Source of the DNA: Octopus sinensis
Lineage: Eukaryota
NCBI RefSeq assembly: GCF_006345805.1
Contig: NC_043004.1
Location: forward strand, 15,128,001-15,192,000
Reading direction: 5' to 3'
Length of the DNA stretch: 64,000 nucleotides
Positions within the stretch are counted from its first letter, which is position 1; every line of letters starts with the position of its first letter. Made by a program: the position numbers and the translations under genes. The notes below the pieces were generated by a model that saw only the letters and a list, made by a program, of their open reading frames with translations, had not been told where the DNA came from and did not search any database. Shown in pieces: positions 26,610 to 39,302 of this stretch.

Positions 26610-26994
26610 TTATTGCGGCACTCCGTCGGTTACGACAACGGGGGTTCCAGTTGATCCGATCAATGGAACAGCACGTGAAATTAACTTGCAAGTGGCTGAG
26701 CACTCCACAGACACGTGTACCCGTAACGTAGTTCTCGGGGATTTTTCAGCGTGACACAGAGTGTGACAAGGCTGGCTTTTTGGAATACACTTTCAACAGA
26801 AATGGGATGAAAGAGTGAGAGAAAGTTATGGTGAAAGAGTACAGCAGTATTCGCCACGTCCCCCTGCCGGAGCTTCACGGAGCATTAGGCACTTCCGCTC
26901 AATAAACACTCACAACGCCCGGTCTGAGAATCGAAATCGCGATCATACAAACGCAAGTCTAACTCCCTAACTACTGGCCAATTACGCCTCCACA

Positions 26995-26995
<1 letters not shown>
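26610..26995 (-). mobile_element. tRNA-headed SINE (family 3 head, alternative tail)
   Basis: head TGTGGAGGCGTAATTGGCCAGTAGTTAGG...TTCGATTCTCAGACCGGGCG shared with 58009 and 61064; A- and B-box-like motifs. Confidence 0.88.
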
Positions 26996-27052
<57 letters not shown>

Positions 27053-27167
27053 ATATATATATATACATATATATATATAAATATATGTATACACACACAA
27101 ACACACACACACACGCATATATATATATATATATAATATATATATATATATAATATATATATATATA

Positions 27168-28079
27168 ACATTCTTCTCTGGTGAGGCCAGCCTTGTTGTG
27201 AGCATGCCAGAGGGCCTTATTTAGCACACTAGGGTTAATCGAGGGGTAGAAGCTGGCGATATCAAACTGAATGAACCTAGTACGGTTCTTATTGGGGATG
27301 GAAGAGAACCACTTCACTACCTGCGAGGAGTTATCCCAGAGGCTGAGCTTCAGCTTGTTTACTAAACTAGGGATATATTTATCTAAAATGTACTTACTGA
27401 TTATCCCGATATCAGATCTAGCAGGGCATATGAGTCTTAGCGCTGGGTTGGTGTGGAAGTTCGGTTTATGGTCCTTCACTATAAATCTGGGATGCTTGGG
27501 GCTAAGCGGCTGAGTTCTCATTTGAATTCGGTGTTTAAATATTATATCCTTAATTTCCAAGTTTACCTTCCTCAGGGTACTCCAATTGGTTTTTCTATAA
27601 TTTTTCTTGATCTCTTTACCGAGTAAATCTAGGTACTGCTTAATGGGCATCTTGTATGTGTTCCTGGTCTTGTCGGACTGGACCAGGACTCCGTCCGTTC
27701 TATTAATGTCCTTGGTAATTTTATCTAGGTATCTGAGGGGGCATTTCTCCTGGGTGACTTCCTGAACTTAATCTTTCTAACTATGTCCCACAAGTCGTCC
27801 TCAAACTTCTTCAGTCTTGGGTTCGGTGGCGGCGTATCCAATGTTTTAAAAAGCCGGCCGTATTCGGACGATGCTGTTGTCGGTTCGATTTTAGATCTTC
27901 GTTCTCGTGGAAGAAAATGAGCCATCTTATCCGGTTTATGAATGCGTTGGTTTTACAAACCAACTCCTTAAGGAAGGCATCCTTTGGTGGTATAGGAATA
28001 TCTTAAGGGACGCATCAATCTCGAACAACTCCATTATTGGCATCGGTTAAAGTAGCAGTTTCTTGACGAAGCGGTATGT
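27168..28079 (-). mobile_element. Penelope-like element 5' coding portion (N-terminus and RT fingers/palm start), DKT-type (Naiad-like by inference)
   Basis: SLK(N)IPIPPKDAFLKELVCKTNAFINRIRW, LKKFEDDLWDIVRKIKFR, VQSDKTRNTYKM, VKDHKPNF..RLICPARSDIG, FIQFDIASFYPSI; truncated by (TA)n before the catalytic DD. Confidence 0.93.
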
Positions 28080-28396
28080 ATTATGTGAAATAGAAAGATG
28101 AATAATCTTGTAGTAGATTAATCAAAAGTTTAACCGATACCTTAGTAGCAAAATCACAGCAGTAAACAGCACGGTTGGAGGTACAACCATCTGGCGTTGC
28201 AACCGTGCGTTGGTGCGGATAATTGAAATTAAAACATTATTGGTGAATTGAAGAAATGGAGCTGAACGCAGATTGAACAGAAATCGTTTTATTTCATTCT
28301 ACACGTGATTCGAAAGGCACAAATTACCAAAATCCGATTGAATAATGGGACCATATTGTGTCTTTCTCTTCAGGAAGAAAAAAGGAAATCCATTGG
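28080..28396 (-). repeat. left arm of a 317-bp inverted repeat (putative PLE pseudo-LTR)
   Basis: reverse complement of 29009-29323 with 4 differences (2 substitutions, 2 one-base indels); lies directly upstream of the PLE ORF. Confidence 0.95.
28293..28379 (-). ncRNA. type I hammerhead ribozyme, long stem II, core variant GAAU
   Basis: TTCTTC-CTGAAGA-GAAAGACACAA...TTGTGCCTTTC-GAAT-C-ACGT-GTA-GAATGAA. Confidence 0.7.
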
Positions 28397-29008
28397 CGGC
28401 GTAACACTTATCTGGCCTTTAAATAGCGTTTATAAATAATACCGGCACCCATAGCCCTTGGTAACAAATTCTGAAATAGCCTTTAAGATATCTACGATTA
28501 ACCACTGCAAGGGAAATTACTCCTGTAAGACAAACGGGGCTTGGTTTTTTCACAGCGGGGAGTTTCCTTGACAAGGCAGGCTTAGATGAACACACACACA
28601 CATAAAACATAATATATATATATATATGATATTTTTTTTTCTTTCTGCCACCCAACGGTTATCACGGCGTAGCCACTGACAGCCGAACGATCAAACGCAC
28701 ACACGTACACAAAAAATGTTTTCTACCCCTACGCAAACACACACATATATAGAACAGTATACACACACACACGTCTCTAAGTAGATTTTTTCTCGCCCCT
28801 TATAAAACATCCAATATTCCTTAAATAGTCAGAAAATTTATCTCGGTCACAAAGAACATCTATACACCCTCACCCACATGATTGACCGATGCCTGACCCG
28901 TTGAATTCTTCAGCCACCGGTTCTCAACATACACTGATAAACAGTTTCGCCATGGGCTCTTAGGAGCACAGTTCGATTTGTTTTTTGCTCCGCCTCTGTT
29001 CTGTTTTT

Positions 29009-29319
29009 CCAACGGATTTCCTTTTTTCTTCTGAAGAGAAAGACACAATATGGTCCCATTATTCAATCGGATTTTGGTAATTTGTGCCTTTCGAAACACG
29101 TGTAGAATGAAATAAAACGATTTCTGTTCAATCTGCGTCAGCTCCATTTCTTCAATTCACCAATAATGTTTTAATTTCAATTATCCGCACCAACGCACGG
29201 TTGCAACGCCAGATGGTTGTACCTCCAACCGTGCTGTTTACTGCTGTGATTTTGCTACTAAGGTATCGGTTAAACTTTTGATTAATCTACTACAAGATTA
29301 TTCATCTTTCTATTTCACA

Positions 29320-29323
<4 letters not shown>
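29009..29323 (+). repeat. right arm of the inverted repeat, ending in (TA)n
   Basis: see left arm. Confidence 0.95.
29025..29111 (+). ncRNA. type I hammerhead ribozyme with intact catalytic core and minimal palindromic stem III
   Basis: CTGAAGA at 29031-29037; stem II pairs 10/11 with a G-C closing pair; GAAA at 29093-29096; C-ACGT-G-TA, predicted cleavage after 29104; AATAAA at 29111-29116; stem I is weakened by a 1-nt deletion. Confidence 0.78.
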
Positions 29324-29360
<37 letters not shown>

Positions 29361-29363
<3 letters not shown>

Positions 29364-29472
29364 AGAGTTCACGAAAATAACAAAAGACGAAGGCAAGTGG
29401 TGTACAAAACAAACATATGCATTAGTATAACATAACGCTCAGGAATAGAAAAAGTCTTTTACGTTTCGAACA
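29361..29472 (-). mobile_element. short PLE-type terminal repeat (HHR 3' half plus tail) ending at (TA)n
   Basis: minus strand reads TCGAAACGTAAAAGACTTTTTC...GTGAACTCTCC-(TA)n; roughly 80% similar by eye to 54295-54398. Confidence 0.75.
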
Positions 29473-30069
29473 TAGCTACATATATAATCATATATATTGA
29501 GATTTAAAAATTGAAACACATAGACATACACACGCACATATATATATATATTATATATATATATATTTATATTTAATTATAAACAGGTGAATCCATAGAG
29601 CTCAGATTTTTCAAAATTTCATACAATTACAAGATATGATAGAGTTTAGGTTTCAGAACACACAGATGCACATCCCGATGCGTATTTACAAACGATATAT
29701 TGTGTTTCATTTGTAAATTAACATCCTAAAATTTCCTGTAATCGATCAATAATTCTTTTTTGTTGGCAATGTAATGACTTACAAATGTCAGATTTTACTT
29801 TCGCCGCAATCAAAGTATTTCATGTTACGGCTATAAGCCATTCTTTGTGAAACAGTTAAGATACCTGTTAAGTTGTAGACGTGATATACAAAAATTGTCG
29901 GATGATGGCTGGCAAGATGTTTTGCTTTTCCTTTTCTTAAATACCAGAGTCTCTATTAAGGATTTTGTCTATTAGCTTTTCTAAGTGACTTCCTTTTATT
30001 TATTTAACATTGTACACACTTACAGGCAAAAAACAGATAAATATACAACAGAAACATATATCACTCTCC

Positions 30070-30144
<75 letters not shown>

Positions 30145-30145
<1 letters not shown>

Positions 30146-30395
30146 TTTTTTTTTCTTCTTTCAAATTTTCTTCCATTTCTTACCGAGTGTCTTCCCGACT
30201 CCTAGGGCAAAGAAACTCATAGTGTATATTGGTAGGCCATTAAACCAAACTCAGTAGTTCGTTCATTTAAAAAAAAAATTTTTTTTTTTAAAGTTAAATT
30301 AAAATACATGAGCAGCAACAGTTCTCACATCGACAATGCTCTTCTCAATACGTGTGATGTACCAGTTAAGACAATCTTTTGCACTTCTTGCACTT
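30145..30395 (-). mobile_element. R4/Dong-like retrotransposon 3' end, copy A
   Basis: VQEVQKIVLTGTSHVLRRALSM* (stop at 30325-30327) followed by a 3' UTR joined to (TAA)n. Confidence 0.85.
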
Positions 30396-30406
30396 ATTAT
30401 TATTAA

Positions 30407-30442
<36 letters not shown>

Positions 30443-30456
30443 GATCATCATCATCA

Positions 30457-30533
<77 letters not shown>

Positions 30534-30553
30534 GATCATCATCATCATCATTA

Positions 30554-30620
<67 letters not shown>

Positions 30621-30640
30621 GTTATTATTATCATTATTAT

Positions 30641-30828
30641 TAGTTATTGTCTTTGCACAGCCTCTAACGCTGGAAATGTACTACAGTGTCAGCTGTTGGC
30701 TACCGGTGAACAGACCTTATTTTTCGAGCACGAACCGGTGTATTCGTCTCGGTGCAAGTTGTGCTGTTTACTGCATGTGCTCCCCCTTACTGCAGCCTCT
30801 ATTTGTTTCATGTACTTCTCAAGCATTT
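30641..30828 (-). mobile_element. R4/Dong-like retrotransposon 3' end, copy B
   Basis: MLEKYMKQIEAAVR..EHMQ*TAQLAPRRIHRFVLEK* is a decayed form of LQKTALLGTARILRxVL; distinct 3' UTR joined to (TAA)n. Confidence 0.75.
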
Positions 30829-30853
30829 TATTATCATCCTCCTCCTTCTCCTC

Positions 30854-30928
<75 letters not shown>

Positions 30929-30931
<3 letters not shown>

Positions 30932-31330
30932 TAGTTTTATTTTTATAGCGTGCTTTCACTTCACTACCGAGCGCAGCTCTGTGTGCCTTGGGTATGTGCT
31001 GTGGTTTGTTGTGATGCTCTTATGGTTATTGTATGGAAAGTGTTCTGCGTAGAATGTGTGCAGTGCCTAGTAGTGCAATTTTCTGTATGTTATATGTGTT
31101 TGTAAGTCCTGGTGTTTTTGCTATGTATTTGTCTGAATATTTTTTTATCATGCCTAATGCACCTACTATGATAGAAATTGTTTCTGCTTTTAGATTCCAC
31201 ATTCTGGTTACCTCTATTTCCAGGTCTTTGTATTTTGAGAGTTTCTCCATTTCTTTTAGAGACACGTTGTCATCAGCCGGTATTGATACATCAATTAGAA
31301 AGGATTTTTTTCTTCATGATTTCTGACAAC
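30929..31330 (-). mobile_element. R4/Dong-like retrotransposon 3' end, copy C
   Basis: LIDVSIPADDNVSLKEMEKLSKYKDLEIEVTRMW...IVGALG...IQKIALLGTAHILRRTLSIQ*; 3' UTR joined to (TAA)n. Confidence 0.92.
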
Positions 31331-31356
31331 TATTATTATTATTATTATTATTATTA

Positions 31357-31393
<37 letters not shown>

Positions 31394-31434
31394 GATCATT
31401 ATTATTATTATTGTTATTATTATTATTATTGTTG

Positions 31435-31472
<38 letters not shown>

Positions 31473-31497
31473 TATTATTATTATTATTATTATTATT

Positions 31498-32488
31498 CTA
31501 TGTTTGACTTTTGCTTTATATTTGTACAAGTTGGCTCCAAGTCTCACCCAGAGACCTCAAGAGACAACAGGGTTGGAAGTTCATATTGTTGTTATGCCTA
31601 GTGTGCCATATATTTGGGGGGTGGGGATGTTGTACTAATGAATGTCAAAAAAAAAGATTTTTTTTTTTTTCTTTTAAACCGAAAATTATGTTTGTTTTAA
31701 ACCTTGAGATTACATAGAGAGTATTTTGCGTAGGATATGAGCAGTTCCCATGAGCACTATCTTTTGAACTTCTGCCATTTTGGGGTTTCCTGGTATCTGA
31801 GTTAGGTAGCTATCAGCCCCTTTTGCTATCATTCCCAGGGCACATATGACAACAGGTATTGTTTTAGTCTTCAGCTTCCACATTTTGCTGATTTCTATTT
31901 CAAGATCTTTATATTTGCTCAGTTTTTGGTAGGTCTTGACAGATACGTTTATATCGATTGGGACAGTCATATCAATGAGGAGGCATGTTCTTTGTTTGAA
32001 GTCTTTCAATATGATGTCTGGCCTATTTGCATCTATCTTCCTGTCAGTTTGAATGGTGAAGTTCCAGAGGAGTGAGATGTGGTCATTTTCAAGCACTGGG
32101 GGTGGTTTGTGTTCCCACCAGTTTTTTTCATGGGGCAAATCCAGGTTTTTACAGATTACCCAGTGAATATATTGTGCAGCTCTATCGTGCCTGTTGAGAT
32201 ACTCTGTAGGATCTAGAAGACTGCACTTGGAGACCACATGGTCAATGGTTTCATTTTGTTGCTTGCATACACGACACGTTGGACTGCTTCTGATCTTTAA
32301 TATGTTGGCCTGGTAGATTCTTGTTGGTAGGCATTGATCTTGAGCTGCTATGATAAACCCCTCTGTTTCAGATTTTAAGCCAGAGGCCATTAGCCATTGA
32401 TGGGTCAGGGCTTTGTCGATATCTGCATTATTCGCTCTCTTTGGGTATTTGCCATAGAGAGGTTTTTGGGAGGTTTTTGAGAGGTTTT
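31498..32488 (-). mobile_element. R4/Dong-like retrotransposon 3' portion, copy D (CCHC knuckle and RLE; 226-aa open frame)
   Basis: LKSETEGFIIAAQDQ, CRVC..ETIDHVVSKC, RHD, NRPDII..LIDMTVPID...KLSKYKDL, LMGTAHILRKILSM*. Confidence 0.95.
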
Positions 32489-32503
32489 TATTATTATTAT
32501 TAC

Positions 32504-32539
<36 letters not shown>

Positions 32540-33053
32540 CATCCTCATCATCTTTATTATTAGTATTATTACTGCTACTATTATTATCATTATTGTTATT
32601 GTTATTGTTATTACCATCATCATCCGAATCAACACTGTGTTATAAGACTGATTATATGTCTTTTCCCAAATGCTCAATTTCAGGTTTTGCTACATGGAAA
32701 ATAGCATTACATGTATCCTATATATTATTCCCTAGAGCGTATGATTTATTGAGATTTTTTCCCTTGCAAACGAAATACATCATCTTTGTGAAGTGATTCA
32801 CTAAATCTGATGTGGCATCCATAATATATTGTTTCTTCTTATAATAAAATGAAATTATTCGAAGTGCGTTTTTGGTATTAAATTTGAAAAATTGCTTCTA
32901 CGTTACGAAGCCGTTCACACATTGCGATTGGAGAAAATAGTTGAGTACACTAAGCTAGTACCGAACTAAGAAAAGAAAATATTACGGTCACGTGATTTTC
33001 ACTCAAAACGTAAAGTGAAAGAAGTAAATGCCTAAAGGTCTCAATTCTGCAGA

Positions 33054-33192
<139 letters not shown>

Positions 33193-33270
33193 TTTGTTAT
33201 TATTATTATTATTGTTATTATTGTTATTATTGTTGTTGTTGTTGTTATTATTATTATTATCATTATTTTT

Positions 33271-33305
<35 letters not shown>

Positions 33306-33320
33306 CATTATTATTATTAT

Positions 33321-33353
<33 letters not shown>

Positions 33354-33381
33354 CAGAAGCAGCAGTCGTAATAGTAGTAGA

Positions 33382-33461
<80 letters not shown>

Positions 33462-34967
33462 TTTGTATTGTGCTTTATGAACACAAGATGCAGATATTTT
33501 GTTTTATCCTTTTCTTTATGATAACTGTCAGACCATAAAATTCTTCCATTGTTATATTGGGAAATGAAATTATAGTTTATATGATTTGGTTCGTATTCAC
33601 TGATTCGAATCTCAGTTTTGAACAAAGAGCATTTGTTTAAAGGAAATTGCTAAAATATGTTTCGCTGAAAAACATAACCATTTATGCTAAGCATAAATGT
33701 ATGACTTTTTTCAAACAGAAAGGATACTTAATACATTTCCTGAAATTATCTGATATTAAATGGTTTGAATTATATTAAATCACACGTAAAACTCAAACAA
33801 ATATCACGAATGGTGTGAAAAGATATTACACGAATTTCAGTTACATTTGATCACTCTGGTAAAAGATTTTAAGTAAGGCGCACCTCAAGTCCGCTCAACA
33901 AGTTTAAAGAACAGCAGCAGCGACTACAGGTGCGCCAGCTGAAGATGTATGTGTCGTGACACTGTTTACTGGAATATCTCAAATTGTGACATTAATTGAT
34001 TCCAATGACACGACACTTTGATCATGCTGCACACAGAGTGATTAGCATCATCACCATCCCTTTTGTTTCAAATGTTTTTATCATGCTGCGAAAAAGAAAT
34101 TAGAAATACAACTACTAAATTAATTAAGAAATTTTATTAATTGTTTGCTATAATTAGTGATGGATTTGCCTCTAAAGTTTCGGATATTATAAAAGTTAAT
34201 GAGTTCAAATTGGTTTGCAAGTACTCTGTTTATATCTTTTTAGCCTTCCTGATGCTTTTCTAATTAATGGAAGTCTAAGGAAACAAAATTCCTTTTTCTT
34301 TTTAAAATAAGATTGGAAATTCTTTGTTAATTAAACTGGACTAAAATCAATTCCGTATGATGAAGACTTTATAATTATAGTACGTTTTATTTACAAAAAT
34401 CCAAATATTCATTTAAATGTAACTTACACATAATACATTAAATGAAATTGAAAGCCATCAATTGTTTTATTGATCGTCTATTTCTTTTTGATAGCATACT
34501 AGTCTATGTACATCGGCACTAATGAGCATTTCGTTATATTCCAAATAAAGAAATTGAAATGAGCAATTTGATACTCACTCTTCAGTATGCTTAACAAACT
34601 GCAGAACATTATGTTTTACAATATGAGATACAATTTATGATACCTTTTTAAATAACATTTTGGACAATACAGTCCCCGTACTCTGGATGCAAATTTTGAG
34701 TTGGATTATTGAAAATTTTATTTACCTTATAAAGAAAGCAATTGGTATTATAAGGTGTATGTTATGAATGTAAATCCAAGAACAACATATTGGTAGAATA
34801 CCAAGATTTTTTCTGTATATCGCAATGATGCTTTACAACTCACACACACACATGCGCACACGCACATACACACACGCGCACACAAACACACAGACAAAAT
34901 ATATTTAGGCACATACGTATTACACGCAGACCTACATATAAGAAAAAAATCGGGAGGTATTAATTGG

Positions 34968-35155
34968 GTTCAAATTTTGGCTCAATGCCAGCTATTTCGA
35001 TCCTAGTGCTCCACTGGTATTCATTTTATCGATCTCAAAAAAGATGGAAGATAAAGTCGATCTCAGCGGAATTTCAACTCAAAAGTTACAAAGCGAATGA
35101 AATGTCGTTATGCATTTTGCCTGGCGCGCAATAATTCTCTCAGCTCGCTGGCTTA
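34968..35155 (-). mobile_element. SINE family 1
   Basis: ACTGGTATTCATTTTATCGATC..GATGGAAGATAAAGTCGATCTCAGCGGAATTT core similar to 60312-60542. Confidence 0.75.
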
Positions 35156-35569
35156 AGTAGCAAGTTAATTATTGAAAGAAATATTCTTCTTGGCTTCACT
35201 ATCTCTCAGTTATTAAGGTGACAGACATATATATGGTTTACTTCATTAAAATAAGTATCAAGTAATTATAATATTATTATACATGAAAGTCCTGATTAAT
35301 TGCATTCACAAACTATTATAATTACAGGGAAGTTATTTCTGTCTCTGTTACAATAGGTGACAAGAGAAAACCAGACATTTAACCAAAACGAAATAATCTA
35401 ACGAAGAAATTTTGATTTTTGTAAGATAAATATAAAACAGTTTCGTATGGGCACTAAATTTTAAACGTACAGCAACGAGCATCATTTGGGTTTACAGCAT
35501 CATTTAAAAAATATCTATTAGGTTCAAACCATGATTATCATATTCTTTATTTTGCTACAGAAAATTTTA

Positions 35570-35723
35570 GGGATAGGGAAATCAATTACATCGATCCCAC
35601 TAACTACAGAAGGATAAATGGCAAAGTTTACCGCGGCAGAATTTAAACACAGGCCGTAAAGACAAATGAAGTGATGCTAAGCATTTTGTCCCGCGTACTA
35701 AAGGTTCTATTAACTGACCACCT
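35570..35723 (-). mobile_element. SINE family 1, internally deleted
   Basis: GATTACATCGATCCCA..GGATAAATGGCAAAGTTTACCGCGGCAGAATTT..GCTAAGCATTT. Confidence 0.7.
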
Positions 35724-36475
35724 GTAATCATGACTATCATATTTATAAATAAAAAAAAACATGATTATGAAATTTAAGACACATGGATATTGAGCTTTAT
35801 ATGCGCATTTCTATAATACACAAATAATGTAACAAAGAAGAAGTTAAAGTAAATTAATATTGTAGAACTTCTTTTATTGTTTCATAACATTTCTACATTG
35901 ACTTCATATAAACACTGACCTTACACAATGTCGAACTTGATCTTGCAAACCTTGAGTATATTTCTCCCAGAGATACAAAACATTTGCTTGGTATTGTTAT
36001 AGAATTCATTACATGAAATAATATAACAAAACACAATCTTGTTTTATCAAAGAATAAATCATTTAATTAATGCTGAATAATTACTTGATGGAATAATTTG
36101 AAATACTGAAAAGCTAATTAACTAATTTGAGATAACTGATATTAGGTTAATATAAAATACATGAATGGAAACTAACTTTGAGTCAAATACACCGGTTATT
36201 TATGTTATGGTTCACTATTTATTAGAACTTTTCAATCTGATATTCGGTAAATTTGCATAAAAACATTGATTTAGATACAAAAAATTTGATTTATTAAAAT
36301 TAAGATTTCATGAAGTGGCGTCTACAAATAGATGCGCAAGTAGTGAATTCTATTTTTGTAACTCAATAAAGATAAGATATATTATTTGTAAAAAACATAC
36401 AATATATGTCCATGAATTGCAAGCCGAAGATATATTCTCAACAAATGCTAATAATTGAAACGCATTTACATTGTC

Positions 36476-36536
36476 ATGAGCTTCTTGAGTAACGCTATTG
36501 TTCTTCATTTCGTGATGTTCCCAACGATACTTGCAG
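36476..36536 (+). CDS. candidate first coding exon encoding a signal peptide (MSFLSNAIVLHFVMFPTILA-)
   Basis: ATG, 20 codons with a hydrophobic core, then a strong phase-1 donor CAG|GTATGT. Confidence 0.3.
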
Positions 36537-36789
36537 GTATGTTTTATTTCCTATTCATTATATATAATTATATTGCATTATGCGTCTCAATATTTAATAG
36601 CATATGCACAATATCCCATATATGTATATATATATATATATATATAATTATATATGTATATATAAATAGATGTGTGTACTTTTCCCTTGTTAACAATTAA
36701 CACGGAAAAATAGATAAATAGTTACCAGGGTAGCAACAAATCACACAAGTAAAAATGCTGTAACTACTTGTTTTTAAAGATAGAAAGTA

Positions 36790-36830
36790 CATATGTAAAT
36801 ATATATGTATATATATATAATATATATATA

Positions 36831-36901
<71 letters not shown>

Positions 36902-36904
36902 ATA

Positions 36905-36943
<39 letters not shown>

Positions 36944-36945
36944 AA
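36790..36945. repeat. (TA)n microsatellite
   Basis: direct reading. Confidence 0.97.
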
Positions 36946-37524
36946 TATATTCCAAGAAAGCTAGAGGTTGTGAATCCAACCAACTAAGGCATAATATATA
37001 TCCAATATACTGCTGGTAGAATACCCAATTATTAATACACCAATGTTTTTTTTATTACATTGCCATTACATTACCGAGCGTACTAAATGGATGAGGGAAA
37101 AGAGATATTTTTCAGTAAATAAATAAATAAACTGACATAATATGTCTAAATGTTGATGAACCATCTATTGATCCCCTCCATTTTCTTAATGCTCTCTCTA
37201 TAAATATACATATATAATATATATATATATATATATAGAATATATATATATACATACATATATACATATATATGCATATATACATACACATGCACAAATA
37301 CACACACAGACACAGACACACACAAGCACACACGCAAACACACATACGCACACGCACACACACACACACATATATGAGGTTATATGATTGATAAGGGTAG
37401 AAGAAAAATTATGTATTCTCTTATATTTTTTTATATATATATATATATATATAATATTTATATATATATATATATATATATACATATATATATACACATA
37501 CATACTTATATATGTGTGTGTACA

Positions 37525-37555
<31 letters not shown>

Positions 37556-39302
37556 CATAATTCTATATATGTGTATGTGTATGTATATATGTATCTACGG
37601 AATTTGACAAAGTCTTACATTAACACATTAAATAATGAGAATAATATTCATACATATAAGATACGAAGAGACGCTAACATTTGAAGCTAGCTTTACAAGA
37701 TTCCTATCTTGATAATCGATATGAAAGCCTGACACAGTAGTTACAACATTAACAACATATTTACGGAAAATAACCAGAGAATATTGTATGCTGTAAATAT
37801 AATCGTGTTCTCTGTGAGTGGAGAAATACAAGACATCGTAATAGGTAATTAAATCAATTAATTACCAATAATGAGTAAGCGTTCTTGAATTCCAACCACT
37901 AATTAGTGATATCAAAAGTCATTTGTTTGTGATGTTACAGTGGTTAATGCTTCCGAAGTTAGCATGTAGGTTTCGTTAAATATTCTTAGAGGACTGAGGA
38001 TTAAGGGTGATTAAAGGAACTCCTTGTATACAAAGCTTGCTAAGAGCATCTAATTATACCAAGAAAGGAAATCAAACTGATATGCCTAGAAATAAGAAAC
38101 AAATACAATTTTCACGGAATTGTTGTGACTGGTTGAGAGGTACTTAAATATATTGCATTCTTAACTAATGAGAGAACAGTTAAATCGTGCTAATGAGAGA
38201 TCGTCTTTGTCATTCGACCGGTTATGAATAATACGCAATTATATCCTAAACGAAACGCTATTGTCTTATCAAGCATGCGTATTTGATAATATACAAAGAG
38301 AATGACTTGCCTTGCTCTTGACATTCAACACATTGATGAAGTTCTAGGGACACCGTTGTGACATAAGACTTAGGAAAACATTTGGACCCGATGGAGCCCA
38401 CGCCAGCTGAAGTTTATTGAGAACTCTCATCTTTCAGAAAATGAGACAGATATTGAAAGAGAGAGAAAGAGAAGAATCACCCTGTAATACTGAAATCAAA
38501 TTTTACTCCAGTGTCATTTGAAGACAGGTATCACCACAGAGTCACCACGATTCCCGTTAAGCAATCTATCAGACCAACTGACTTCGTTACTTGACCACTT
38601 TATTTGGAGAAATTATTCTTGAAAAGGGAATAGACGATAACAATAGCAGTATCATGAATTATACAAAAATGGATGGGTGTAAAGTGTATGTTTTCGATGT
38701 AAGTTATTTCTTAAAATAAGTAAGTATATCTAACATCAAGTTACTTAGAAGAGACAAAACAAGTTATTTGTTCGATTTAGTTACTTAATCATACATACAT
38801 TGACTTATATTTATATATAACCTCTCATATGCAGCTCCAATAATGATTAGTGGAAGATTGAATTAACTAGAGTTTTGCACCTAATAACCCGAAAGTTTAA
38901 TTCAGGTGACAGATGAATAGTGTACTAAAATAAGAATAACAGAATATGCCTTGTTTCGCATAATTATTTATGTAATGATTAGATATCGTAATTAAATTTA
39001 CTCTATTTCAATATCTGGTATTATATTAGTTACTAGAATTAATCATATTCTAGAAAGAATCGCGAACTGTGAACTAGCATGTCGTATGCATATACATTTA
39101 TAATGCATACACACACACAAACACTCTGGTACAGGCACACACGCGCTCGCGCTCACACGCAAACTCACACGCTTGCGTACACACACACAAACCCACGCAC
39201 AAAGGCCGCGTGTATGATTGTGCGCAACGTTGTCTGAATATGTGTATTTATTTGTGCTTATAATATGAAACCTAGTATAGTTCATTATCTTTTTGTATTC
39301 TA

